Positions 38,941 through 55,695 of a stretch of DNA of 64,000 nucleotides are shown in pieces; the stretch's first letter is position 1; each line of letters begins with the position of its first letter. Origin of the DNA: Eledone cirrhosa (taxonomy: Eukaryota); NCBI GenBank assembly GCA_964016885.1, contig OZ024757.1:26164001-26228000 (forward strand), read 5' to 3'. Below the pieces are notes generated by a model. The model ran no database searches. It was given only the letters and a program-made list of their open reading frames with translations, and had not been told where the DNA came from. The position numbers and the translations under genes are program-made.

Positions 38941-39018
38941 GGTGTTATGTCCGGAACATATTTTATCACTGGGGTGTTATCATCAAAACAACACTCTCAA
39001 AAAACCCTAAAAAAACAC

Positions 39019-39049
<31 letters not shown>

Positions 39050-39091
39050 TGTATATATATATATGTGTGTGTATGTATATATATATATGTG

Positions 39092-39136
<45 letters not shown>

Positions 39137-39356
39137 ATGTATATATATATATATATGTGTGTGTATGTATATATATATGTGTGTGTGTATGTATATATAT
39201 GTGTGTATGTATATATATATATATGTGTGTATGTATATATATATATATGTGTGTATGTATATATATACATATGTGTGTATGTATATATATATATGTGTGT
39301 ATGTGTATATATATATATATATATATGTGTGTATGTATATATGTATATATATATAA

Positions 39357-39407
<51 letters not shown>

Positions 39408-39417
39408 CTTATAGATA

Positions 39418-39750
39418 TATATGGCTTAGTGGTTAGAGCATCAGGCTTACAATTGCGAGGTTGTGAGTTCAATTCTCGGACTGGGCTTTGCATTGTGTTT
39501 TTGAGCAAATCGCTATATTTTACGTTGCTCCAGTTCACTCAGCTGTAGTATTGAATTGTGACGTCACTGGTGCCAAGCTGTATTGGCCTTTACCTTTCCC
39601 TTGGACAACATCGGTGGCATCGAGAGGGGAAACTGTTATGCATTGGCGACTGCTGGTCTTCTACAAACAACTTGGCTTGGATTTGTGCCTCGGGGTGGAA
39701 CTTTCTTGGTGCAACTCCCATGATCATTTGAACTGTCAAAATACATACTT
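39418..39750 (+). mobile_element. tRNA/CORE-like SINE with a different 3' body
   Basis: atggcttagtggttagagc..gagttcaattct..ttgagcaa..gctccagttcactcagctgta. Confidence 0.75.
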
Positions 39751-40144
39751 TAGAATTGAACTTCCAAAGTACACAACCCAGACTTTATTCTGCTCTTTGC
39801 ATCGACCAAATGCCACTCATAAGGCATCATTGGTCAACCCCAAAATATAAGAGATTACACAACACTTACTCCAGGTGCCATGCAGCAGGATTGAACTCAG
39901 AATTGAATGTTTATGAAGCAAATAGCTTAACCACAAACCGATGCACATACAAACCCATACACATACACACACACATATATATATGTATGTATGTAAAAGG
40001 TAAACAGAAATAACAACACAATCGGTACAGTATATGGAAGGAATATATTAGTTTAACGCTTGAAATAGCAGATGTATATATGTATATATTTATGTATATT
40101 CACATATATATATCTATATCTATCTATCTATCTCTCTCTCTCTC

Positions 40145-40193
<49 letters not shown>

Positions 40194-40204
40194 GTGTGTG
40201 TGTT

Positions 40205-40245
<41 letters not shown>

Positions 40246-40248
40246 TTG

Positions 40249-40281
<33 letters not shown>

Positions 40282-40599
40282 TTGTATATATATATATATA
40301 TGTGTGTGTTTGTATGTATATATATATATGTATATATACATGTATGTATATGTATGTATGTATACATGCATAGATCCATAATCATATAAAATCCAAAGCA
40401 TATATGTATACATTCTGGGATGTATATATATATAAAGACATACATCGTCATACATACACACACTTGAACACACTCATATACACACACATGCACATAGTCA
40501 CTTCTGGAGTGAAATGAAGAATACCCACTCACACACACACACACACATATATATATATAATATTCAATATATATATATCAGATAGGGTGCATATATATT

Positions 40600-44340
<3,741 letters not shown>

Positions 44341-44686
44341 AAAAAGACAGAGAGAGATAGATAGAGAGGGGGAAAAAGCTAAAAGCCATAATGGCCTGGC
44401 ACTAAATGGTTTTTTAATAATGTCACTTTGGAATTCTGTAGGAAGAAGGCAAGATGATAATACTGTGAAGAAGTTATCGATTGGATTGGAAGGTTATTTC
44501 AGTTTGCCATTCCATGTTAAAGGGGTGACACAGCCAGTTAAGGAATGGTGTGGAATTAATTATTGGTCTCTACATATACTCTTGTCTTCTCTCCCTCTCC
44601 TTTTCTCTCTCACACACCTACACAGAGGAATATACCATCACATACTCACTCATATGTGTGCTCAAATATATGTATGTGTGTTTATG

Positions 44687-44759
<73 letters not shown>

Positions 44760-44830
44760 GCGTGTGTGTGTACCCATTGATTCTTATTTTCTGATATATA
44801 CACATACATGAATACATTTTTACACATGAA

Positions 44831-44884
<54 letters not shown>

Positions 44885-45997
44885 CATATATATATGTGTG
44901 TACATGTCTATGTGTTAGTGTATATATATATATATACACTACTCATAACCTGAAGGCATGTGGTTTAGTGGTTAGAGTGTTCAGTTTATTATCATAGGAT
45001 TGTGAATTCCATTTCTTGTCGTGCATAACTTCATGGTAATCCAGTCCATTCAGCTGGAAAAAAAATGTTGTACCTGTAATGAAAGGATAATTATGTTTGG
45101 AGGCTCTACTCAGCGCTTTGCATCTGGTGACCATAGAAGCAGTTTCCCTGCAGATTCATCATCGTGGGAAACATGACCAACAAACAAGAGCCAAGCGACA
45201 CAATTGAACTTTCAATGAAACTCATGGCAGCTCACCAATTCAATGCTATAAATAATAGCTTAGAAATTTGGGTAAAATACCCCTTGGATGGATAAAAGTA
45301 GCCAGTCACTGCTACAATGAATTAAACTCCATATTTTTCAGATACTAGCTGACCACTCTGTCTGTGGTCATTTACCTCAATGGTTACAGCAGTCTGCCGG
45401 TATCAGCATTTAAACTGGCCATATTCAGCCAGAATTCTCTCACCTTTTTCTGTTCAAATCGGGTATAACCAGCCATTTGTACTGATGTTAAGGTATTGTT
45501 CTCAAAATAAATAGCACCAAAATCTCGTAGCTTCGATATTATGTGAGATAATTATGTGAAGTAAAGCTTTTACTATGTAAATATAATAGTAAATATAGAG
45601 TAATGTAAATGCTAAAGTCTTAAAGATATGGAATTTGATTCTCCATAACAGCTGCCTATAGGGGTATTTTACCCAATTTTTAATCTGTTATTCATAGAAA
45701 TCAGCTGTATTAGCTGTATTAGCATCTAAATTTCTTACATTTTCTATGAGCTTCATAATTCCTCAGCACTTCATTTTGAAAGTTTGAAGCTTTACATACA
45801 ATCATATCATCATCATTATTATCATCACCATTTAGCGTACATTTATCCATGCTTGCATGGGTTAGAGAGGTCCTATATATATGTAATAAATGGTGACTAA
45901 GTCTCAAAAGCCAATACAACGCGATAGAAATATATAAAGGGTAAAGGATGACAAATAAAAGAATCGAAACAAAGTAATGTTTTACCCAGTATATTTC

Positions 45998-46037
45998 CAC
46001 ATGATATTTCAGGGTTATCACCCTCTTTTCAGATGTG
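45998..46037 (-). ncRNA. Minimal hammerhead motif with one core substitution
   Basis: cacat-CTGAAAA-g-aggg tgataa ccct-GAAA-ta-TC-atgtg. Confidence 0.55.
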
Positions 46038-46088
46038 AAGCAGAAACAGTTTAAAACAAAAACAAACGATCAATGTGTTCTTTCTTAA

Positions 46089-46547
46089 CCCTTTAGCATT
46101 TACATTACTCTATATTTACTATTGTGAAGGCACATGGCTTAGTGGTTAGAGCAAGTGGCTTGCAATCGAAAGGCTGTGAGTTCAATTCTCGGACCGGGTG
46201 ATGTGTTGTTTCCTTGAGCAAGACACTTTATTTCACGTTTCTTCAGTTTACTCAGCTGTAGAAATGAGATGATAGGACTGGGGTCCCTATCATTAAATCA
46301 CCCAAGATACCTCCAATGAGATATACCTTGGAGGAGGCCAGCTAAACCTGCATAGGTGTGAGCTGTCACACACATATTTACTATTGTACTTTAATGGTAA
46401 AGGCTTTATTTCACATAAGAGATTTTGATAATTATTTATTTTGAGAACAATATTTTAATGTCGGTATGAGTGGCCTGTTATGCGTGGTTTAAACAGAAAG
46501 AGGTGAGAGAATTCTGGCTGGAGGCAGCTGGTTTGAATGCTAAAGGG
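46089..46547. mobile_element. piggyBac-type MITE containing a SINE insertion
   Basis: TTAA plus TIRs; SINE 46126-46373 with 14-bp TSD atatttactattgt. Confidence 0.85.
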
Positions 46548-47326
46548 TTAACTGATCTACATGTTTAAAATATGCATGCATGAAGTCATTATAGTAGCCA
46601 CTTTATTTCTTCGTGTATTTCCAATCTATTATTTATCTGTGTTTTTTTTCTGGTTGATGATAATGGGCTCTCTGATTCTTAAATTTCCCACATTAATTTG
46701 TTTTATTTGTCACCCTTTGCCCTTTATATATTTCTACTGCATTGTACTGACTTTTTGAAACATAGTTGCCATTTATTATATTTTTCTTAATGTTTTGTAT
46801 TAACTATATTACTTTATAATCATATATATATATATTTCAAAAGTGGTTCTAAACTTGAAATATTATGAAATATAGAGTGTAAACTAAACGCTTGTTTTGT
46901 TTTGTCATTCTTACTTTACTCTATGTATATATGATATATCCTATTCAAATTGCACCAGCTTTCCCAGCACATTTTTAATTACATATCTCGCTGTGATTCA
47001 TGTGAACTATACTACACTGTCTTGTATGATCTACACTACAATATGGAGCTGAAATTCAGTGGTTAGAGAGTTGAAAAAACAGACCTAAAAACATTGATGA
47101 TGACAAAAGACCAGAGAGCTGAAACAAATACAGCAAAGCATTCTATCCATGATTATAACAATTTTGCCAAGTTGCCACACTTAAACATACATACAGGCAT
47201 ATAGAGTAGACATAAACAGTATATGATATACACAATAGATATACATATAGACATACAAACATATGTATATGTATACATATGTCAAAATTTACAAATTGAT
47301 TTCTGGTTGCAAATATATATGTATAT

Positions 47327-47378
<52 letters not shown>

Positions 47379-47697
47379 GAGAAGAAAGAAGAATACTGCG
47401 TGGTTGCACATGGGTTACATATGATAAAAATAGTCCTTCGTCAGTGATTTTCCAACCATCATTGGTATTTCATCGCATTAAAAATCATATACCTCAGGTT
47501 GGTGCGAGCAATAACTAAAAAAAGTTATTGGGACCAGAAAATCGCGTAAAGCAAGGGGGACAAGTGAACAACATAGAAGGATAAAAGCAAATCAAAGAAA
47601 GGAAAAAAACAAGCAACATGGTTGTCCTGGTCAGCATAAGCTGGGTGGATTTCATGAGCGAAAGGTACAGATGTCCGATGTGAGTGAGATGTAAGCA

Positions 47698-47734
<37 letters not shown>

Positions 47735-47737
<3 letters not shown>

Positions 47738-47970
47738 AGGCACATGGCTTAGTGTGGTTAGAGCATTGGCCTTGCAAACGAAAGGTTGTGAGTTCAATTC
47801 TCAGACTGGGTGATGTGTTGTTTCCTTGAGCAGGACACTTTATTTCACATTGCTCCAGTTTACTCAGCTGTAGAAATGAGATGATAGGGAATCAAGCCAG
47901 AATCAGTTCCCGTCCCACCCTTGCAAGCAGGGAAAAGTGGACGTAAAATGAAATGAAATAATGAAATGAT
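47735..47970 (+). mobile_element. SINE family 2, internally deleted
   Basis: Head and core joined to aatcaagccagaatcagttccc tail. Confidence 0.85.
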
Positions 47971-47990
47971 ATATATAAATATATATAATT

Positions 47991-48355
47991 TAAAATGTTA
48001 ATAAATGAAAAATATTCTCATAATCAAAATATATATTTTATTATACATATTTCAAAGGTACAATGCTGTTTAAGTACATTTTCATCAGACAAAATATAAG
48101 ATTTGATATGTGACATACTGCTACGGTTTTGATTAATTAATTCAAGTATAGGAATTGAATAATCAAAACCGTAACAGTATGTACCTTTGAAATATGTATA
48201 ATAAAATATATATTTTGATTATGAGAATATTTTTCATTTATTAACATTTTTAATAATATTAAACACTCCAGGAAAATCTCTTGTCGAGTGCTTCTAATCT
48301 ATTGTAAAGTTGTATTCGTTGATTAATCAACAAACAATATTAATTTTTGGTTATA
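47991..48355 (+). mobile_element. Fold-back family B; hammerhead intact only in the left arm (minus strand 48036-48094)
   Basis: IR 47991-48251; ttttgt-CTGATGA..GAAA-tatgta-TA-ataaaa; right arm lacks ~50 bp including the core; tail actccag..gagtgcttctaatctattg. Confidence 0.8.
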
Positions 48356-48370
48356 TATATATATATATAT

Positions 48371-48744
48371 TTATACTTTGGGAGGGTCATGTTGCCAATA
48401 AGAAACACACGCACCAGTTGCTTTCACTCCAATTTATTATAAATTAAAAAAATTATGGTGGATTGGCAGTATTGGTAGAGGGTTGGACGCCATGCTTTCC
48501 AGCATAGTTACGTCCCTTTACGATCTGAGTTCAAATCCGACCGAGGTTGACTTTGCCTTTCATCCTTACGGGGTCGATAAAATAAAGTCCCAGTAATGCA
48601 TTGGGTAATTGCTGACCTTGTGCCTAAAGTAGAAACAATTATAAATTAAAAAATTAAAAAAAAATTTTTTGTTTATAATAAATTGGAGTGAAAGCAACTG
48701 GTGCGTGTGTTTCTTATTGGCAACATGACCCTCCCAAAGCATAA
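48371..48744. mobile_element. Fold-back element with ~73-bp arms and a family 1 SINE (48457-48640) in the loop
   Basis: IR 48371-48443/48672-48744; TSD attataaattaaaaaa(a)tta. Confidence 0.85.
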
Positions 48745-49094
48745 CAATATCGGTTTCAACACACGTTTTCAGATAAAAAATCTTGCTAAACAAATTCAGA
48801 AACGAAATATATATATATTATTTTTTATTTACATAATAAATAACACAATATAATTATTTCATTAACGAAGGTTTCAAGAAACTCGATGATTCTTGCAGAA
48901 ACATCTAGCTCGTTTGTCAGACAAAACAATTATCTTCTTTCCTTTACCTTTTCTACGGAAAGACTCGCGTATAACCCTGTATGTGTTTTCATTGAACTCA
49001 CAACCTCTCAGTTGCAAGCCCAATGCTCTAACCATTAAGCCATGCGCCTTCACATATATATATGTCCGTGTGCGTGTGTGTGTGTGTGTTAGGT

Positions 49095-49544
49095 CAGAGG
49101 TTCTCAAAATTGGCACTACCACCCCCCAAGGAGCTTTGAGAAGGTCCAAGGGAGGGTAGCGATGATATAATAGTATATTAAATATCAAATAATACATGTT
49201 ATATATAAATATCTCCAACAGACCAGTGTCTGTCCTTAGGACATGGCAGCGATAATGAGGGACAGAGACCGCTGGAGAGAACTCGTCCATGGATCTCGGG
49301 AATTTTACCCGCTTTAGATAGATAGATATATAAATATAATAAAATAAAAAATATATAATATTTATTTATATAGAGTATCTATTATATATAAATTAATTTT
49401 ATTTATGATATATTATTTATGATTTGCGTGTAGGCAGGTCTCTCTGGAAATAGTTTTTTTTTTTTTTGGTGGTGGAGGGGGGGGTGCTGAGGGTATTATG
49501 AGGCTGTGAGGAGGGCAATGGCCCCAAAAGTTTGAGAACCTCTG
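49095..49544. mobile_element. hAT-type MITE containing a tiny LINE 3' end (~49210-49327)
   Basis: TIR cagaggttctcaaa/tttgagaacctctg; imperfect 8-bp TSD tgttaggt/tattagat; insert reads MRDRDRWRELV with (TAGA)n tail. Confidence 0.8.
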
Positions 49545-49888
49545 TATTAGATAAATACACACATAACTCTCTAGTTGATGTCTAAATTACATTAAGGGAG
49601 ACATGTTTCTGGATTGGAGACTGGCTTATTCTCTATTCAAGAGAAGATTGAAAACTAAAACCAGAAGAATATGCATGCATACAAAATACACGCAAACACA
49701 TATATACATACATGCATACATACTTACATACATACATATGCCAACATGAAAAAAAAATGACATAAAATTATGATGGCGCATATAGTTAATATGTATGTGT
49801 GTGTGCGTGTGTATATATGTATTATATATATATATGTATATGTATATATATATATGTATATATATATACATGTATATATATATACATG

Positions 49889-49947
<59 letters not shown>

Positions 49948-50040
49948 ATGTATGTATATATATATATACATGTATATGCATATATATATATGTATATATA
50001 TATACATGTATATATATATATGTATATATATATACATGTA

Positions 50041-52779
50041 TATGTCCCAACATAGACTGATAATTAGCGACCTCATAGTCAGGACGAGACGTACTCGACA
50101 ACAGAAGAGGACTATCCTCAGGAGGAAAATATGGAAGTTAAAGGACCCCACAGCCAGGAATAAATTTCAAAGCATATTACTTGATGCTTTCGACAGTAAG
50201 GAAGAACATTTAGAGTCGGACAATATAGAGGGAGAGTGGGAATTTCTGAAAGCAAACCTGCTGTTGGCGACAGACGAGGTCTGTGGCTGGAGCAGGCCTG
50301 TAGGCAGGAGGAGAGTAACATGGTGGTGGAACAGTAAGGTGGAGGGGTCAATTAAGGCCAAAAAGCAGGCTTGGAAAGTATGGCGGGATGGGGGAAGTAG
50401 AGAGGACTATCAAGTGGCCAGGAGGGAAGCTAGGAGACAAGTGTACTTAGCAAGAAGGGAAGCTGAGGAAAGAAAGTTCAAGCATGTTCTACAACGCGAT
50501 GACCAAAAACGTGAGGTGTTCAGGATTGCTAGGCAATGCGTCAAGGAAAACCGTGATATTGTCGGGGAGAAGTGTGTACTAAACGACGATGGCACACTTG
50601 CCATCACCGACGCTGATAAGAAGGTAGCTTGGAAGTGTCACTATGAAAGGCTTCTAAATGAGGAGAATAATTGGGAGAAAGGCAGTCTCCCCCATATCGA
50701 CCCAATAGAGGGACCAGCAGTGTTAGTCGAGGGGAGTATAATAAGTAAGGCAATCAAGGATATGAAGACTGGTAAGGCGGCTGGGCCTTCGGAAATAGTT
50801 GCTGAGATGCTGAAGGCATCTGGCACGGTGGGACACACCATGGTCACCCGCATAGTTAACCAAGTCGTACAAAACGGGGTTGTTCCGAAGGACTGGCATA
50901 GCAGCATCATCGTTAACTGTTATAAGGGTAAAGGAGACGCCCTAGATAGGAGTAACTATAGAGGCATTAAATTAATCGACCAGGTCATGAAGGTCACGGA
51001 AAGAGTAATAGCGCAACTAATCAGAGAGAGAATTGACCTAGATGAAATGCAGTTCGGGTTTGTGTCAGGCAAAAGTACCACAGACGCTCTTTTCATAGTA
51101 CGACAACTACAAGAGAAGTACCTAGCTAAAGGTAAACCCCTCTACTTAGCTTTTGTCGACTTGGAGAAAGCCTTCGACAGAGTCCCCCGCTCCATTATCT
51201 GGTGGGCTCTTAGAAAACTAGGCGTTGACGAATGGCTTGTGAGGGCTATACAAGCCATGTATAAAGAAACAGTCAGCAAGGTTAGAATTAACAACGAATA
51301 TAGTGAAGAGTTTAGCGTAAAAGTCGGCGTCCATCAGGGCTCTGTTCTCAGTCCACTACTATTTATTATTGCCCTTCAGGCCATAACAGAGGAGTTCAAG
51401 ACAGGCTGCCCATGGGAACTCCTATACGCAGACGACCTGACACTCATAGCGGAATCAATGGCCGAGCTAGAGAAGAAATTCCAAACATGGAAGCACGGCC
51501 TAGAGTCAAAAGGACTTAAAATTAACCTGGCTAAGACCAAAGTACTAGTTTGTAGGAAAGAAAACAAGGCGGCGGTCCCTTCTGGGAAATGGTCGTGCTC
51601 GGTGTGTAGGAAAGGCGTAGGTAGAAACTCCATTTTATGTCCTAAATGCAAAGTATGGGTGCATAAAAGATGTAGTGGGATCACAGGTAGGCTAACTAAG
51701 AACATAGATTTTACATGTGGCCGGTGCTCTGGTGCAATAAGTAGCAGCAAGTGCCCACAAACTACTAGCTCTTTCAATTGCGCAGAGGGTTCTATAGAAA
51801 TAGTGGACAGCTTCCGTTACCTGGGCGATAAAATCAGCAGTGGGGGAGGGTGCTCTGAAAGTACTGTAGCTAGAGTCAGAACTGGTTGGAAAAAGTTCAG
51901 AGAGCTTATACCACTATTAGCTGCTAAAGGGTTCTCACTAAAAATGAAAGGCAGGTTGTACGATGCCTGCATACGAACAGCAATGCTGCATGGCAGTGAG
52001 ACCTGGGCATTGTGTGCAGAGGATATACGCAGACTAGAGAGGAACGAAGCTTGCATGCTCCGCTGGATGTGTAACAGTAATATACGTGAACGGCAAAGCA
52101 TAAACGAACTAAGGAATAAATTAGAGATAAGAGGGATCAGATGTTGTTTACTCGAGAGAAGGCTACGTTGGTATGGACACGTGATGCGCATGAAAGTCGA
52201 TAGCTGTATAACAAAGTGCAGGGCAATAAAGATAGACGGTAGTCACGGAATAGGCAGACCTAGAAAAACCTGGGACGAGCTGATAAACTCCGACATCACA
52301 CACTTACACCTCTCCAAGACAATGTCACTGGACCGAGACCTTTGGCGGTACTCAGTAACAGAGAAGACCCGCCTTACCTAAATATATAGTAAAACCTACT
52401 CCAGCCAGTAGGCATCTCTAACAAATACACCCCGTCCCACCACCCCCACCCGATCCACACCACCCCGTTCTATGTAAAGTTATGTTGGTGCCGCGCCATC
52501 GAGGCCGAAACAAATGAGATCGTGTAGGTGTCACGACAAAAAAACACACAGTCCACGCTGTAATGTGGCCGTGTAGGCAACACGGTAAAAACCTCCCAGA
52601 CCCACACTGTAAATGTGGTTGGTGTTAGGAAGGGCATCCAACTGTAGAAAACCTGCCAGACAGTCCTATGCGAGCAAGACAATCACTCTTGCCTCAAGTG
52701 GGACTACCCCCGTCCAAACCCATGCAAGCGTGGAACACGGACGTTAAACGCTGATGATGATGATGATGATGATGATGAT
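50041..52779 (+). mobile_element. RTE LINE with ~400-nt 3' UTR and (GAT)n tail, in (TA)n
   Basis: 3' UTR shared with many truncated copies and with SINE family 2. Confidence 0.9.
50045..52381 (+). CDS. RTE-type LINE polyprotein, 5'-truncated: RT plus PHD-like C4HC3 finger, stop-free for ~780 aa
   Basis: [32 protein letters not shown]; CSVC..CPKC..HKRC..CGRC; [18 protein letters not shown]; the ORF start at 49799 is (TA)n readthrough. Confidence 0.92.
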   Translation, partial: SQHRLIISDLIVRTRRTRQQKRTILRRKIWKLKDPTARNKFQSILLDAFDSKEEHLESDNIEGEWEFLKANLLLATDEVCGWSRPVGRRRVTWWWNSKVEGSIKAKKQAWKVWRDGGSREDYQVARREARRQVYLARREAEERKFKHVLQRDDQKREVFRIARQCVKENRDIVGEKCVLNDDGTLAITDADKKVAWKCHYERLLNEENNWEKGSLPHIDPIEGPAVLVEGSIISKAIKDMKTGKAAGPSEIVAEMLKASGTVGHTMVTRIVNQVVQNGVVPKDWHSSIIVNCYKGKGDALDRSNYRGIKLIDQVMKVTERVIAQLIRERIDLDEMQFGFVSGKSTTDALFIVRQLQEKYLAKGKPLYLAFVDLEKAFDRVPRSIIWWALRKLGVDEWLVRAIQAMYKETVSKVRINNEYSEEFSVKVGVHQGSVLSPLLFIIALQAITEEFKTGCPWELLYADDLTLIAESMAELEKKFQTWKHGLESKGLKINLAKTKVLVCRKENKAAVPSGKWSCSVCRKGVGRNSILCPKCKVWVHKRCSGITGRLTKNIDFTCGRCSGAISSSKCPQTTSSFNCAEGSIEIVDSFRYLGDKISSGGGCSESTVARVRTGWKKFRELIPLLAAKGFSLKMKGRLYDACIRTAMLHGSETWALCAEDIRRLERNEACMLRWMCNSNIRERQSINELRNKLEIRGIRCCLLERRLRWYGHVMRMKVDSCITKCRAIKIDGSHGIGRPRKTWDELINSDITHLHLSKTMSLDRDLWRYSVTEKTRLT

Positions 52780-52780
52780 G

Positions 52781-52816
<36 letters not shown>

Positions 52817-52924
52817 CATGTATATATATATGTATATATATATATATACATAAATGTATATATATATACATGTATATATATATGTATATATATATATATA
52901 CATAAATGTATATATATATACATG

Positions 52925-52956
<32 letters not shown>

Positions 52957-52984
52957 TAAATGTATATATATATACATGTATATG

Positions 52985-53017
<33 letters not shown>

Positions 53018-53139
53018 GTATATGTACCACCCTTGCGAGCAGGGAAGAGCGAACGTAAAATGATGATATGTATATGTATATATATATGTATATGTATATA
53101 TATATGTATATATATATGTATATGTATTTATATATATGA

Positions 53140-53373
53140 TGTTGACTTGTTCTTCTTTTTGGTAAATATCATCTTGGTTAAGAGAGTGGGACTGGCTTTG
53201 TGCAGTGCCTTTGCTCACTATAAAAGCTTCACGGCACAGGCATTGCTTTGTATCTGGAGATCTCTCTGCACGTATCGTCACATGGTGCCATGGGCCCAGC
53301 ACTATGTGTCAATAATTGTCACAAGTGTAGTGTTTGTACCAGAGTTTTCAAGTCACTGGCTGGACTAAAAAGT

Positions 53374-53376
<3 letters not shown>
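53140..53376 (+). pseudogene. RTE/BovB-like C-terminal remnant with C2H2 finger
   Basis: [17 protein letters not shown]. Confidence 0.55.
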
Positions 53377-53413
<37 letters not shown>

Positions 53414-53487
53414 CATGCACATACACACATACAGGCACATGAATCTACTCCTATCAATTTAACTACCTTGTTATCTACCTATATACA

Positions 53488-53567
<80 letters not shown>

Positions 53568-53657
53568 TATACACATATATATATATATATACACATGTCT
53601 ATATATATATACACATGTCTATATGTATATATATATAGACATGTGTGTATGTATATG

Positions 53658-53689
<32 letters not shown>

Positions 53690-53747
53690 TATATATATAC
53701 ACACATGTCTATATGTATATATATATAGACATGTGTGTATGTATATG

Positions 53748-53786
<39 letters not shown>

Positions 53787-53787
53787 T

Positions 53788-53819
<32 letters not shown>

Positions 53820-53851
53820 CACACACATATATATATATACATACACACGTC

Positions 53852-53883
<32 letters not shown>

Positions 53884-54125
53884 TATGCACACACACACAC
53901 ACACACACACACCAGATATAGGTAGAAACTGAGAACATCAACCATGTAATTAGTGTTAGAAAATCTCCTTTAGGTTTTACCTTTCTACAAGTCATGATGT
54001 GTTTGTCATAGCAACCTGGAATAAAAGGGGTAAAACAAAACAAACACAAAAAAGGACAAAAATAGCCATTAAATACGGACACTTGGAAATTGGTGGATCA
54101 CAAGAAAACTCATGTAATTCAGAAA

Positions 54126-54213
54126 TACAGTGTGTGGCAGAAAATTATTATAAACCTCCCATATTTTACACAGAGACCCTGTAAAATATGGGAGGTTTTT
54201 CTACTACACTCTA
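54126..54213. repeat. Hairpin with a perfect 19-bp inner stem
   Basis: aaacctcccatattttaca-cagagaccc-tgtaaaatatgggaggttt with imperfect outer arms. Confidence 0.7.
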
Positions 54214-54421
54214 TATAAGCATTTATAAGAACCTCTTGCATGGCACTGTTATTGTGTGTATTATACTAACAAAGATATTTATTTAGCCATTGTTACGGTA
54301 CTTTTAGTTAAATCGTTGAAATCACAGGTGGTCGAAAAACTGATGAGTGTATTTAAATGTTTGCAGTGGGAGGGTGTGGGGGCATATTGTCTATGTATAT
54401 TTATATATATATATATATATA

Positions 54422-54700
54422 TATTATTATTATGTAATAAACAACATAAGGCAATTATTCCATTTACCAGTGGTTTCTTAAAAGCAAAAGGTTTTGCTTT
54501 CAATCCTCAGAATGAAAAAATCCTGGTTTGTTTTTTCATTCTGAGGATTGAAAGCAAAACCTTTTGCTTTTAAGAAACCACTGGTAAATGGAATAATTGC
54601 CTTATGTTGTTTATTACATAATAATAATAATTAAGCTCTGTTGCCTACATAGAGCACTCTTTTTTCCTGGACTTTTCCGATGGAATTACTTCATTTACAT
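54422..54700 (+). mobile_element. Fold-back element: perfect 99-bp arms, hammerhead 3' half, tail
   Basis: IR 54422-54520/54531-54629; GAAA-gcaaaa cc ttttgc-TT; tail gctct..agagc. Confidence 0.85.
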
Positions 54701-54913
54701 ATATATATATATTTATATAAAAGAAAGAGACATATATCGTAAGAATAAAGTCTTAAGTACATAAATATTGTAGTATATATACACACACATATATGTCTAC
54801 CTGTTATATTATAATAGTTCTTCGAGATGAAAAACAATGTAAGAAGTAAATCTTGTTTTTAAATGTATTGCTTCTTCCTCCATATATTTTTGATTTTATA
54901 TATATAAATATAT

Positions 54914-55316
54914 ATATAATTGAAAAAGTGGAGAATAACATGGTCAACAGTACAAAAAAGGGTATTTATTTGCAGTCTAATTGTTTCACTGATAGAGTTC
55001 CCGATGATCTAGTAGAGTTAACATCATATTTAAAATTGAGTGGCACTGTTTTTAGTGTTCAGCAATTTTTAGACAACTCTATCAGTGAAACAATTGTTAG
55101 ACTGCAAATAAATACCCCTTTTTTGTACTGTTGACCATGTTATTCTCCACTTTTTCAATTATATTACTCCAAGATAAACTTACATAGGAATACAAGTGAA
55201 ATCATAAACTTGTCCTCTACGTAAACTTCTTGTTGAGTCAAGCAACGCCGTACGCTAAAACCATCCATAATAAGAAGTATTCACAATTGGATTACCTTTA
55301 ACAATATTTTGTTATC

Positions 55317-55320
<4 letters not shown>
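54914..55320 (+). mobile_element. Fold-back family C: ~88-bp arms, 75-nt spacer, tail
   Basis: IR 54914-54999/55075-55164; GAAA-caattg-TT; tail ttactccaag..ttgttgagtc shared with 56115. Confidence 0.8.
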
Positions 55321-55367
<47 letters not shown>

Positions 55368-55374
55368 ATATATC

Positions 55375-55695
55375 ATCAATATCATCACCGTTTTATATCC
55401 ATTCTTCCACGCTAGTATGTATGGGCTAAACGGGTTGTCCTGTTGTGGGCAATGTCTTGCTCATACGGGAACTGATTTTGGCTTGATTTCTACAAACCTC
55501 ATTAACAGTTAGTACTGGGTGCTTTTTTACCATGGTGCCTACACAACCACTTTACAGTGTGGACTGGGTGCTTTTTTACAGTGGCACCTACACGACCACT
55601 TTACAGTGTGGACTGGGGGCTTTTTTGTCATGACACCTCCACGACTACTTTGCAGTGGGAAGGGGTGGGGGGAATATTGTCTATATGCTTCAGCA
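55375..55695 (-). mobile_element. RTE-tail fragment
   Basis: Matches 22283-22580. Confidence 0.75.

Noticed and set aside
47390-47510. Minus-strand ctgacgaagg and ccaacctgaggt..gaaa..gttgg
   Set aside because: Possibly a decayed hammerhead, but core and stems are too degenerate to call.
49799-50044. N-terminus of the 860-aa ORF
   Set aside because: Microsatellite in frame by chance with the truncated LINE.
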